64,000 nt of DNA, from the IMG/VR virus record IMGVR_UViG_3300010158_000052, one strand, 5' to 3'. Numbering within the stretch: the stretch's first letter is position 1; each line of letters starts with the position of its first letter. The notes beneath the pieces were generated by a model. The model did no database searches. It was given only the letters and a program-made list of their open reading frames with translations, and had not been told where the DNA came from. This stretch comes from an uncultured virus (IMG/VR IMGVR_UViG_3300010158_000052). Taxonomy: Duplodnaviria > Heunggongvirae > Uroviricota > Caudoviricetes. Of the stretch, positions 49,255 through 58,538 are shown in pieces. The position numbers were made by a program, and so were the translations under genes.

Positions 49255-49293
49255 AATCCCTCATAAATAACTTAACTGTTTTTATGAGGGATT
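49255..49293 (+). promoter_or_regulatory. SD-occluding hairpin/terminator with embedded late promoter
   Basis: AATCCCTCATAAA...TTTATGAGGGATT; ATAAATA at 49263. Confidence 0.75.
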
Positions 49294-49297
49294 TTTA

Positions 49298-49789
49298 ATG
49301 TTAAGTTTTATAGAATTTTTAGAAGAACGTAAAGTTGATCCTGCTAAATTGGCTAACCGTGTTGCTCGTAGATACGGCAGTAAGAGAACAAATTACGGAC
49401 CTTGGATGAATGCTAAACAAGGCGATGTTAAAAAAGGTGGGCATATTCCTCTTAGTACATATGATCGTAAGAAGGTCAGGTCTATGGAGGACAGTTATTA
49501 TAAGAGAGTGTCCTCACACCCAAAAGGCGAGATAGGATATGCTCGTGAAAGAGGTTCAAAACCTTTGGTAAAGATGTCTATTAAAAGCCTTCGCGCTACA
49601 CAACCTTTTAATAGAACAAATGACCCAGAAAAACTAAAAGATAAAATAGCCGATACTAGTCCTCAGAATATTCATGTTGTTACTCATAACGGTGAGCATT
49701 ATGTGGCTGATGGACATCATGCTGTAATGGCAGCTCATCTTCGTGGTGACACTCATGTTAATGTCAAGCATACAAACCTTGACGAATAG
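49298..49789 (+). CDS. Putative capsid-targeted internal protein with a ParB/Srx-like domain
   Basis: MLSFIEFLEE leader; LRATQP, HYVADGHHAVMA. Confidence 0.7.
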   Translation: MLSFIEFLEERKVDPAKLANRVARRYGSKRTNYGPWMNAKQGDVKKGGHIPLSTYDRKKVRSMEDSYYKRVSSHPKGEIGYARERGSKPLVKMSIKSLRATQPFNRTNDPEKLKDKIADTSPQNIHVVTHNGEHYVADGHHAVMAAHLRGDTHVNVKHTNLDE

Positions 49790-49791
49790 GG

Positions 49792-49820
49792 TTGACATTT
49801 GAAATAACGTATGCTATATT
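49792..49820 (+). promoter_or_regulatory. Sigma70-type early promoter
   Basis: TTGACA-N17-TATATT with extended TG. Confidence 0.65.
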
Positions 49821-49837
49821 ATGATCTCAATAACTAA

Positions 49838-50056
49838 ATGGAGAGTGAAATGAAATATACTATCGACCTTCCATATGAAACTATGGATGAAATTATTATC
49901 AATATGCTTACTCAAAATATTGCCGACTGGGAAGATGATCTTGCAAAAGAATGTCCTTTGATCTTTGAACGTGATCCAGAGTTGGACAAGAAGATGATCC
50001 GTAAGCACATTAAGTCTGCTCGTCGTATCATTGCTTATTATAGTGTTGGTGGATAA
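49838..50056 (+). CDS. Hypothetical protein
   Basis: ORF right after an early promoter; true start is probably the second Met, after GGAG. Confidence 0.6.
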   Translation: MESEMKYTIDLPYETMDEIIINMLTQNIADWEDDLAKECPLIFERDPELDKKMIRKHIKSARRIIAYYSVGG

Positions 50057-50057
50057 T

Positions 50058-50429
50058 ATGGAAAAGTATATTGTTGAAACAATTAGCATGTTCCGCATTC
50101 GATATGTTGTCGAAGCAAAGTCTAAGGAACATGCTATGGACGAATTGACTTGTAAGCTTGGAGTTGACGATAACTTCAAGGAGTTTTCTCAGCATCATAT
50201 TGATGAAGTTATCAGTTCTGTTCGTGAAGTTACTGACGAAGAATACTTAGAAATATTCGACGAAGATAATGTCTATCTTTCTGGTTGGGAAGATGAAAAG
50301 AAACTAGAATTTATTAATTTTATTGATTATGGTACTGAAGAATTCCACGCTGATCCTGCTCTAAGAGAGTGGGAATATGATGGTACTGGTGTTAGAGTTT
50401 ACAAAGGAACAATGAAGTTATATCCATAA
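50058..50429 (+). CDS. Hypothetical protein
   Basis: Acidic ORF (VETISMFRIRYVVEA) in the operon. Confidence 0.65.
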   Translation: MEKYIVETISMFRIRYVVEAKSKEHAMDELTCKLGVDDNFKEFSQHHIDEVISSVREVTDEEYLEIFDEDNVYLSGWEDEKKLEFINFIDYGTEEFHADPALREWEYDGTGVRVYKGTMKLYP

Positions 50430-50501
50430 CTGTTTCTTTGTATAAGAAGTATGTTACCCAGTAATCTCCACTGAGGAGATTATGTTTTTAAGGATTATAT
50501 T

Positions 50502-51437
50502 ATGAGCGAAGAATTTCTCTGGTGTGAAAAGTATCGTCCTCGAACTATCGCAGATACTGTTTTGCCTGACAATCTAAAGGCTACGTTCCAACAGTTTGTA
50601 GAACAGGGCAATGTTCCAAATCTACTTCTAACTGGTAGTGCTGGCGTAGGTAAGACCACCGTTGCTAGGGCAATGCTTGAGCAAATCGGATGCGATTATA
50701 TTGTTATCAATGCTTCTATGAATGGAAACATCGATACCTTGCGTACTGATATTAAGAACTTTGCCTCCACTGTATCTTTTGTTGGTGGACGCAAGTATGT
50801 TATTCTAGACGAGGCAGATCACCTTACACCTACAGTTCAAGCTGCTCTTCGTAACTTTATGGAAGAGTATTCTAAGAATTGCGGTTTTATCATGACCTGT
50901 AACTTCAAGACCCGTATCATTGAACCTCTACACTCTCGTTGTTCGGTGGTTGAATTCAAGCTAGGCAAGAAGGAAATTACAAAGCTTGCTCCTCGTTTCC
51001 TTACACGAGTTGGTACTATCCTAGATACAGAAAATGTAGAATATGATAAGTCTGCTGTAGCAGAATTTATTATGAAGTATTATCCTGACTGGCGTCGAGT
51101 TATCAATGAACTTCAGCGATATTCGGTGACTGGTAAGATTGATACTGGCATTCTTATAAACATGTCTGATGAAATCTTTGGTTCTTTAATCAAAAGCATG
51201 AAGGCTAAGGACTTCGTTACTGTTCGTAAATGGGTAGCAGAAAACTCTGATATCGACAGTTCTACTCTATTCCGCAAGTTGTATGATGCATCGTCTTCTT
51301 TGTTGACACCTCGTTCAATTCCTCATCTTGTCCTTCATATTGCAAACTATCAATATAAGGCGGCATTTGTTGCTGATCAGGAAATCAATACAGCGGCTGC
51401 TCTTCTTGAAATCATGCATGATGCGGAGTTCCAATAA
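50502..51437 (+). CDS. gp44: Clamp loader large subunit gp44
   Basis: LWCEKYRP, GVGKTT, ILDEAD, LHSRC. Confidence 0.95.
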   Translation: MSEEFLWCEKYRPRTIADTVLPDNLKATFQQFVEQGNVPNLLLTGSAGVGKTTVARAMLEQIGCDYIVINASMNGNIDTLRTDIKNFASTVSFVGGRKYVILDEADHLTPTVQAALRNFMEEYSKNCGFIMTCNFKTRIIEPLHSRCSVVEFKLGKKEITKLAPRFLTRVGTILDTENVEYDKSAVAEFIMKYYPDWRRVINELQRYSVTGKIDTGILINMSDEIFGSLIKSMKAKDFVTVRKWVAENSDIDSSTLFRKLYDASSSLLTPRSIPHLVLHIANYQYKAAFVADQEINTAAALLEIMHDAEFQ

Positions 51438-51829
51438 TGACACCCTTTGATTATATCAATGCGATCAATGCCAATAAGGATATTATTGGAAGTTCAGATA
51501 ATCCAGAAGAGGTCGAGAAGGAGTATACTCCTTTTATGGTCAATCGTGGATTGTCATATTTTGTTGATACTATCTTGTATGCAAATGAAATGAACAGCGC
51601 ATCTGATATTTCAAACAAGTTACAGTTCGATTATCTTCGTAATTCTATTAAGCCCAAGAAGCGTTTCTCGAAGTGGGCAAAGCGATTGTCCTCTGAAAAT
51701 ATCAGTGTAATCAAAGAGATTTATAAATATAGTGACAGAAGGGCTATAGAAGTCCTGTCTCTATTATCTGATTCTCAGATTGCATTGTTAAAAGAAAAGC
51801 TCAAAAAGGGTGGCGTAAAAAATGAATGA
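51437..51829 (+). CDS. gp62: Clamp loader small subunit gp62
   Basis: YTPFMVNRGLS, KKRFSKW. Confidence 0.9.
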   Translation: MTPFDYINAINANKDIIGSSDNPEEVEKEYTPFMVNRGLSYFVDTILYANEMNSASDISNKLQFDYLRNSIKPKKRFSKWAKRLSSENISVIKEIYKYSDRRAIEVLSLLSDSQIALLKEKLKKGGVKNE

Positions 51830-52229
51830 TATTTTTACTGGATGTGGAGTTGAGATCACCCTCAATGATAATGATTCCTTTTTAAAAGTTAAGGAAACAT
51901 TAACTCGTATTGGTGTAGCTTCAAAGAAGAATAAAACACTTTATCAGTCTTGCCATATATTGCACAAGCAAGGTAGATATGTTATTCTTCACTTCAAAGA
52001 ACTGTTTATACTAGATGGCAAGCCAGCAGATTTTTCTGAGAATGATATGGCACGTAGAAATACAATTGCTCAATTATTGTCTCAGTGGGGGCTAGTCAAC
52101 ATTGTTGATCAGTTCACAGAAGAAGATCAGGTTGCTCCAATATCTCAAATTAAAATTCTCCCGTTCAAGGAAAAAGATGAATGGAACTTGATCGCAAAAT
52201 ACTCTATAGGCAACACTGTAAGAAAATAA
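51822..52229 (+). CDS. regA: Translational repressor RegA
   Basis: FLKVKETLTRIGVAS, QSCHILHKQGRY, HFKELF. Confidence 0.95.
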   Translation: MNDIFTGCGVEITLNDNDSFLKVKETLTRIGVASKKNKTLYQSCHILHKQGRYVILHFKELFILDGKPADFSENDMARRNTIAQLLSQWGLVNIVDQFTEEDQVAPISQIKILPFKEKDEWNLIAKYSIGNTVRK

Positions 52230-52258
52230 ATTGCCCTTTAATTATGAAAGATAATGTT

Positions 52259-52633
52259 ATGACAAATAGCGAAAAAGTAGCAGATTTTATGACATCGTTT
52301 GGACAAGAGGTGGTAACTAAACCTGTATTTCCAGATAAGAATGTTATGAAGATGCGAGTGGCTCTAATCGATGAAGAGCTACAAGAACTAAAGGATGCCA
52401 TCAAAGATCGAGATATTGTAGAAGTTGCTGATGCACTTACAGATATTTTGTATGTTGTATATGGTGCTGGTCACACTTTTGGTGTTGATCTAGATGCATG
52501 TTTCTCTGAAGTGCATCGTTCTAATATGACTAAGTTGGGCGAAGACGGAAAGCCAATCTATCGTGAAGACGGTAAGATCAAGAAGGGTCCTAATTACGAA
52601 CGCCCTGAACTAAAGAAGATTCTTTTTCCATGA
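52259..52633 (+). CDS. MazG-like NTP pyrophosphohydrolase
   Basis: LIDEELQEL, EVADALTDILYV, VHRSNMTK. Confidence 0.85.
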   Translation: MTNSEKVADFMTSFGQEVVTKPVFPDKNVMKMRVALIDEELQELKDAIKDRDIVEVADALTDILYVVYGAGHTFGVDLDACFSEVHRSNMTKLGEDGKPIYREDGKIKKGPNYERPELKKILFP

Positions 52634-53079
52634 TCGTAGGATTTACTGCTGGCACGTTTGATCTGTGCCACGCAGGACATCTTATGCTTTTAAAGGAAGC
52701 TAAAGAAAAGTGTGACTATCTTGTTGTTGGCTTACATACTGATCCATCAAAAGAAAGAGATTGGAAATCTTCTCCTACAGAAACAGTACTTGAGCGATAT
52801 ATCAGACTAAAGTCTTGTTTGTTTGTCGATGAAATTGTTCCATATGACACAGAAAATGATCTTGTTGCTTTGTTAATGTTTATCAATCCAGATATTAGAT
52901 TTGTTGGCGATGATTATAACGCAGAAGAAGTTGAAAGAATAACTGGATATGATAAATGTACTAACGTTGCTTATGTGGATCGCTCACATAATTTTAGCTC
53001 GACAAAACTAAAAACGCGAATAAAACACGAAAAACAGAGTATTACATCATGGGAAAAAGAAGCAATTTTCAAAGGGTAG
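52630..53079 (+). CDS. Cytidylyl/adenylyltransferase (TagD or HldE C-terminal-like)
   Basis: GTFDLCHAGH (HxGH), GDDY, FSSTKLK. Confidence 0.85.
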   Translation: MIVGFTAGTFDLCHAGHLMLLKEAKEKCDYLVVGLHTDPSKERDWKSSPTETVLERYIRLKSCLFVDEIVPYDTENDLVALLMFINPDIRFVGDDYNAEEVERITGYDKCTNVAYVDRSHNFSSTKLKTRIKHEKQSITSWEKEAIFKG

Positions 53080-53570
53080 AAAGAGATTTCTATCCAACGC
53101 CAATGGCAGCAGTTATTCCATTGTTATCTCATCTATCGAAAAATACAAACTTTGTTGAGCCTTGTGCTGGTAATGGCGCATTAATTGATCACTTGACATT
53201 ATGTGGTCATGTGTGTACAGATGCATGGGACATAGAACCTCTTCGACAAGATATTAAACAAGCAGATGCTTTGACTATAGGTCTTGGTGATTCGGATTGT
53301 TTTATTACCAATCCTCCTTGGAATAGAAAAATTCTTCATCCTATGATTGAGCACCTATCAACTATAGCACCAACTTGGCTTCTTTTTGATGCCGATTGGA
53401 TACACACAAAACAAAGCATTAAGTTTATGCCAAGGCTAAGGAAGATCATTAGTATTGGTCGAGTTAAGTGGATACCTGATAGTAAAACGACAGGTAAAGA
53501 TAATTGTTGCTGGTATTTGTTTGATCATCCAAGAGATGGTAGAAATCCAGTGTTTGTTCCAAGACAATAA
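53049..53570 (+). CDS. Putative DNA amino-methyltransferase (short)
   Basis: DFYPTP, EPCAGNG (SAM binding), ITNPPW. Confidence 0.7.
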   Translation: MGKRSNFQRVERDFYPTPMAAVIPLLSHLSKNTNFVEPCAGNGALIDHLTLCGHVCTDAWDIEPLRQDIKQADALTIGLGDSDCFITNPPWNRKILHPMIEHLSTIAPTWLLFDADWIHTKQSIKFMPRLRKIISIGRVKWIPDSKTTGKDNCCWYLFDHPRDGRNPVFVPRQ

Positions 53571-53579
53571 AGGTTTATA

Positions 53580-54563
53580 ATGACTGTTACAATTTTAGAA
53601 GGCGATTGCCGAGAATCACTTCGGACATTGCCATATAAGTCTGTTCATTGTTGTGTTACTTCTCCTCCATATTTCGGACTACGAGATTATGGGGTAGAAG
53701 GACAACTTGGTCTTGAACAAACTCCAGATCAATATGTTGCTGAATTGGTATCTGTCTTTCGTGAAGTTCATAATGTTCTAAGAGATGATGGTACAGTTTG
53801 GCTAAACATTGGTGACAGTTACGCATCGTTTCGTGATGGAAAAGCAACTCCAGACACAACTCGTGGGGATTCTCTTGGTACATTAGTTGATACAGGTAAA
53901 GCTAAGAACCGAATGGCTTCTACTTTTGTTAACACTCCGATCAAGCATAAAGACTTAATTGGAATTCCTTGGAAAGTAGCGTTTGCTCTTCAGGCAGATG
54001 GTTGGTATCTTCGTCAAGATATTATTTGGAACAAACCAAATCCTATGCCAGAAAGCGTTAAGGATCGTTGTACCAAGTCGCATGAATATATCTTCTTGCT
54101 ATCTAAGAGTGAGAAATATTATTTTGATTACGAGGCAATCAAGGAACCTGCTACAACTTCTCCTGCCAGTAGAAATAAAGCCGCCGAAGGTTATCAAGCT
54201 GATTATCCTCATGGCGATAGATTTTCAGAAGGCGAAAGAGTTTGGGGCGCAGATGGCAAAAGAAATAAAAGAAGCGTTTGGAATGTTCCTTTACGTCCAT
54301 ATAAAGGCGCTCACTTTGCCACCTTCCCTATGGACTTAATTGAGCCGTGTATTCTAGCAGGATGTCCTGTTGGTGGTACTGTGCTTGATCCATTTGGTGG
54401 AGCAGGAACAACAGCCATTGTTTCCAATAACAATGATCGCAATTCTATTTTGTGTGAACTCAATCCAGAATATGTTGAGCTAGCCAAAAATAGAATAGCC
54501 TTAGAAGAAAAAATCCAACGAATAAAAACACCAACCACAACTTTAGAGCAATTTTTCTCTTGA
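53580..54563 (+). CDS. DNA N4-cytosine/N6-adenine methyltransferase (beta class)
   Basis: TSPPY, HFATFP, VLDPFGGAGTT. Confidence 0.9.
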   Translation: MTVTILEGDCRESLRTLPYKSVHCCVTSPPYFGLRDYGVEGQLGLEQTPDQYVAELVSVFREVHNVLRDDGTVWLNIGDSYASFRDGKATPDTTRGDSLGTLVDTGKAKNRMASTFVNTPIKHKDLIGIPWKVAFALQADGWYLRQDIIWNKPNPMPESVKDRCTKSHEYIFLLSKSEKYYFDYEAIKEPATTSPASRNKAAEGYQADYPHGDRFSEGERVWGADGKRNKRSVWNVPLRPYKGAHFATFPMDLIEPCILAGCPVGGTVLDPFGGAGTTAIVSNNNDRNSILCELNPEYVELAKNRIALEEKIQRIKTPTTTLEQFFS

Positions 54564-54600
54564 CTTTTCTTGCCCTCATGTTATAGTGGGGGCAAGTTTT
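54560..54600 (+). promoter_or_regulatory. Promoter TTGACT-N16-TATAGT overlapped by a 10 bp hairpin just upstream of the gene 43 SD
   Basis: CTTGCCCTCA-TGTTATAG-TGGGGGCAAG then TTTTT. Confidence 0.65.
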
Positions 54601-54614
54601 TATTGTGAGGTACT

Positions 54615-57134
54615 ATGAAATTTTATACAGAGGCTTCGCAACGAGGCAACAATATCTTTATTCGTGGATATAACAATGGGCAGCGAGTTCAAAAAAAGAT
54701 TCAGTATGAGCCATATTTGTTTATTTCCAGCAAGAAAGAAGATGCTCCATATAAAACTCTAGATGGTCGCCCTGCTGATCGTATTGATTTTGATAGTATT
54801 AAGGAAGCTAAAGAATTTATTGCTCGTTACAAAGGCGTAGAAGGGGTAAGCATTTATGGTCTAAATTCTTTCCTCTATACGTATCTTAACGATGAATATC
54901 CTGGTCAAGTTGAGTTTGATTTGAATGAGATCAGAACTGTTAGTCTGGATATCGAGTGTGCGCCTGAAGGAGAAGAAACTGGATTTCCTAATATCCAAAC
55001 TGCAAATCAACCTATTACAGCTATCACTTGTAAGTTTAGGGATAAGCACTATTCTTTTGGTTGCGGACAATTTGTATCAAAGGCAAGCAATGTAATATAT
55101 AAGAAGTGCAGCGATGAGCGTGAGCTTCTGTTGGAGTTCATCGGGTGGTGGGAAGCTACTGATCCTGATGTGGTCACTGGTTGGAACATCGAGTTCTTTG
55201 ACGTTCCTTACATTGTAAATCGTATTAAGCGTGTATTGAATGAAGATCAGGCAAAGCGTCTTTCGCCTTGGAAGATTCTTGATGAGCGTGAGATTGAAAT
55301 TCAAGGTCGAGAGCAACAAACCTTCCGTCCAATGGGAGTTTGTGTTCTAGACTATCTAAAGGTTTATAAGCAATTCACTTATGTTCAGCAGGAAAGCTAT
55401 AAGCTAGACCATATTGCCTTCGTCGAACTCGGTGAACGTAAGCTAGACTATACAGGATATGACGGACTAACCGATCTCTATCGTCGTAACTTTCAGCAAT
55501 ATCTTGAATACAACATTCATGACGTTGAACTAGTAGCTAGGCTAGAGGAGAAGCTAGGTCTTCTTGCTCTGGGTATGACACTATCTTATGATGCCAAGAT
55601 TACATACAGCGATATGTTTACGAGCATTCGTCTGTGGGATATTATTATTCATAATTATCTTCTTGATCGTAATATTGTCATTCCTTTGGCTAAGGACTAT
55701 AAAAAGGGTGAAAAGTTTGCTGGTGCATATGTTCGTGAACCAAAGATTGGAATGCACAAGTGGGTTGCTACCTTCGACGTTAACAGTCTGTATCCAAGTT
55801 TGATTGTTCAGAATAATATGAGTCCAGAAACTTATGTTAATAAGATTCCAAAGATACCAGACATTGATGCTTTGCTTGATGGTAAGTTGAGTGACAAACT
55901 TCGTGATAAGCTAGTCGAAAGCAATTATGCTTTATCGGCAAATGGTGCTCTTTGGGATAAGTCCAAACGAGGTATCTTTCCAGAACTCGTCATTAAGATG
56001 TATGATGAGCGTAAGGCATATCAGAAGAAGCTAAAGGCAGCTAAGGTTGAGAACGAGGCAAACCCAAGTCAAGAAAACTCAAATTTGATTTCTCGTTATC
56101 ACAACCTTCAGCTAGTCAAGAAGATTGTTTTGAACAGTCTTTATGGCGCAACTGGAAATGCATCGTTTCGTTTTTATCAAAATGACTATGCAGAGGGTAT
56201 TACTCTTCACGGTCAGTTGGCTATTCGGTGGGTCGCCAATGATATTAACAATTACATCAACAAGACACTGAAGACAGACAATAAAGAATATGTAGTATAT
56301 TGTGATACTGATTCGGTCTTTGTTTCTTTGGATGGTATCGTCAAGAGTGTATTTGGAAACTCTAAGGATGTTCACAAGATTACAGACTTTGTTAATAAGG
56401 TTTGTTCTGAAACACTTGAGAAGATCATTGAAGATTCATTTGAGCGGCTAAAGAATTATACCAATTCTTATGTAAATCAAATGAAGATGAAGCGAGAGAA
56501 CATCTGTGATACTGCTATCTTCCTTGCGAAGAAGAAGTACATCATGAATGTTTATGATAGTGAAGGTTTCCGATATGACGAGCCTAAGCTATACATCAAG
56601 GGAGTTGAAGCCGTGCGATCTTCAACTCCTGGCTCTTGCCGTGAAAAGATTAAAGACAGCCTAAACATTATCATGCAAGGCACAAACGAAGAACTAATTT
56701 TGTTTATTGATAAGTTTAGGAATGACTTTAAGAAGATGTCTTTTGAAGAGATTGCATTCCCTCGTGGGTGCAATAATATTGAAAAGTATTCTAATGGGGA
56801 CATGAAGTTATATAAAGATGGCGTACCAATGCATGTTCGAGCAGCTATTGTCTATAATGATCTTCTTAGGAAGAACAATTTAAACAAGCGATATGCTACA
56901 ATCAAAGAAGGAGAGAAGATCAAGTTTTGTTATATGAAACTTCCAAATACCTTCCAAGAGAACGTTCTTGCTTGTAATGGTGAGCTTCCGCCAGAACTAA
57001 ACCTCGATAGGTTTATTGATTATTCTGTTCAATTCGATAAAGCATTTCTAGAGCCAATTAAGAATATCACTAAGGCTATCAACTGGACTACAGAAGAAGT
57101 ATCAACACTAGAAGGACACTTTGAGGATGAATAA
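54615..57134 (+). CDS. gp43: Family B DNA polymerase gp43
   Basis: DIE exonuclease motif, GWNIEFFD, FDVNSLYPS, KIVLNSLYG, YCDTDS. Confidence 0.98.
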   Translation: MKFYTEASQRGNNIFIRGYNNGQRVQKKIQYEPYLFISSKKEDAPYKTLDGRPADRIDFDSIKEAKEFIARYKGVEGVSIYGLNSFLYTYLNDEYPGQVEFDLNEIRTVSLDIECAPEGEETGFPNIQTANQPITAITCKFRDKHYSFGCGQFVSKASNVIYKKCSDERELLLEFIGWWEATDPDVVTGWNIEFFDVPYIVNRIKRVLNEDQAKRLSPWKILDEREIEIQGREQQTFRPMGVCVLDYLKVYKQFTYVQQESYKLDHIAFVELGERKLDYTGYDGLTDLYRRNFQQYLEYNIHDVELVARLEEKLGLLALGMTLSYDAKITYSDMFTSIRLWDIIIHNYLLDRNIVIPLAKDYKKGEKFAGAYVREPKIGMHKWVATFDVNSLYPSLIVQNNMSPETYVNKIPKIPDIDALLDGKLSDKLRDKLVESNYALSANGALWDKSKRGIFPELVIKMYDERKAYQKKLKAAKVENEANPSQENSNLISRYHNLQLVKKIVLNSLYGATGNASFRFYQNDYAEGITLHGQLAIRWVANDINNYINKTLKTDNKEYVVYCDTDSVFVSLDGIVKSVFGNSKDVHKITDFVNKVCSETLEKIIEDSFERLKNYTNSYVNQMKMKRENICDTAIFLAKKKYIMNVYDSEGFRYDEPKLYIKGVEAVRSSTPGSCREKIKDSLNIIMQGTNEELILFIDKFRNDFKKMSFEEIAFPRGCNNIEKYSNGDMKLYKDGVPMHVRAAIVYNDLLRKNNLNKRYATIKEGEKIKFCYMKLPNTFQENVLACNGELPPELNLDRFIDYSVQFDKAFLEPIKNITKAINWTTEEVSTLEGHFEDE

Positions 57135-57378
57135 TGATGATTTTGACTTTGGGTTTACCACAGTCAGTGAACAAGAAATCAATAAGGTGGCAGAGACATT
57201 TAAAGTTTCTGCTGATACCTACCAACAAAAATATGCGGCAGTGCTTTCATTGTTCAAGCCACTATTGAACAATCTACTGAAGGATGCCGATACCCAGCCA
57301 TATATTTACTGGCCAAATCGAAGTGCCAAGATCGCAGAAGTTCTTAAGCGACTTGATACAATCGACAAGTCTAAATAA
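57127..57378 (+). CDS. Hypothetical protein
   Basis: DFDFGF...PYIYWPNR motif. Confidence 0.7.
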   Translation: MNNDDFDFGFTTVSEQEINKVAETFKVSADTYQQKYAAVLSLFKPLLNNLLKDADTQPYIYWPNRSAKIAEVLKRLDTIDKSK

Positions 57379-57430
57379 AACTGAGAGGTAGTTCCTCTCG
57401 TTAAAACAATCAACAAACAAAGGAAATACA

Positions 57431-58483
57431 ATGAATACTAAACTAATGAGCAAGCTGTTGGCTGCTGGTTCTATTAAGCTAGCCTCTACTCTTTCTGAGT
57501 CTGCTTTCTTCAATAAGAAAGATATCATTCAGACAAAACTTCCAATCCTAAACTTAGCTTTTTCTGGATCGCTTGATGGTGGTCTAGTTCCTGGTCTGAC
57601 AATCTTTGCTGGCGCATCGAAGTCATTCAAGACCTTGTTGGGTCTATATTGTATGAAGGCTTACTTCGATAAGTATCCAGATGCAATCGCCATCGTATAT
57701 GATTCGGAGTTTGGTATTACTCCAGAATATCTTTCTAGTAATGGTATTGATACTTCACGAGTTATTCACATTCCTATTGAACACATTGAGCAACTCAAGT
57801 TTGATATTGTTAAGCGTCTAGAACAAATTAATCGTGGTGATCGTGTATTCTTGCTTCTTGATTCTCTTGGTGCGTTGTCATCCAAGAAGGAAGTAGAAGA
57901 TGCAATGGACGAAAAGTCTGTCACTGATATGACCCGTGCTAAGGCTATTCGTTCTCTTCTTCGTATCATTACACCTCACTTGACGATGAAGGACATTCCT
58001 ATGATTGTCGTCAATCACATCTATCAAACTATGGAACTCTTTTCCAGGTCTGTTGTAGGCGGCGGTACTGCTGTTACATATTCTGCCAATCAAATTTTTA
58101 TTATTTCTAAGGCACAAGAAAAAGATGGTTCTGATCTTGTTGGTTGGAACTTTACAATAAATATCGAGAAGTCTCGTTTTGTTAAAGAGAAGGCTAAGTT
58201 CCCATTCACAGTAACATACGAAGGCGGAATTAATAAGTGGTCTGGTCTTCTTGATATTGCAATGGAAGCCAGTCTTGTTGTCAAGCCTTCTAATGGTTGG
58301 TATTCTCGTGTTAATCTAGAAACTGGAGAAGTAGAAGACAAGAAGTTTAGGTTTAAAGATACCAATACTTCTGAATTCTGGAAGGCTATGCTTTCTAATC
58401 CTCTCTTCAATGATAAGATTAAGAAAATGTATCAAATAGCAATGGCTCCTCCTTCTGAAAATATTGCAGAGGATGACGATTAA
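57431..58483 (+). CDS. uvsX: RecA-like recombinase UvsX
   Basis: AGASKSFKT, YDSEFG, DMTRAK, VNHIY, GGGT. Confidence 0.95.
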   Translation: MNTKLMSKLLAAGSIKLASTLSESAFFNKKDIIQTKLPILNLAFSGSLDGGLVPGLTIFAGASKSFKTLLGLYCMKAYFDKYPDAIAIVYDSEFGITPEYLSSNGIDTSRVIHIPIEHIEQLKFDIVKRLEQINRGDRVFLLLDSLGALSSKKEVEDAMDEKSVTDMTRAKAIRSLLRIITPHLTMKDIPMIVVNHIYQTMELFSRSVVGGGTAVTYSANQIFIISKAQEKDGSDLVGWNFTINIEKSRFVKEKAKFPFTVTYEGGINKWSGLLDIAMEASLVVKPSNGWYSRVNLETGEVEDKKFRFKDTNTSEFWKAMLSNPLFNDKIKKMYQIAMAPPSENIAEDDD

Positions 58484-58486
58484 AGG

Positions 58487-58515
58487 TTGACATTTTTATA
58501 ATCCTACTATATACT
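58487..58515 (+). promoter_or_regulatory. Sigma70-type early promoter for gene 41
   Basis: TTGACA-N17-TATACT. Confidence 0.7.
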
Positions 58516-58538
58516 CGTTCTATAACTAGGAGAAATTA

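Noticed and set aside
49005..49266. ORFs 49033-49266 (+) and 49005-49208 (-)
   Set aside because: They overlap tRNA-Ser and the tRNA-like RNA.
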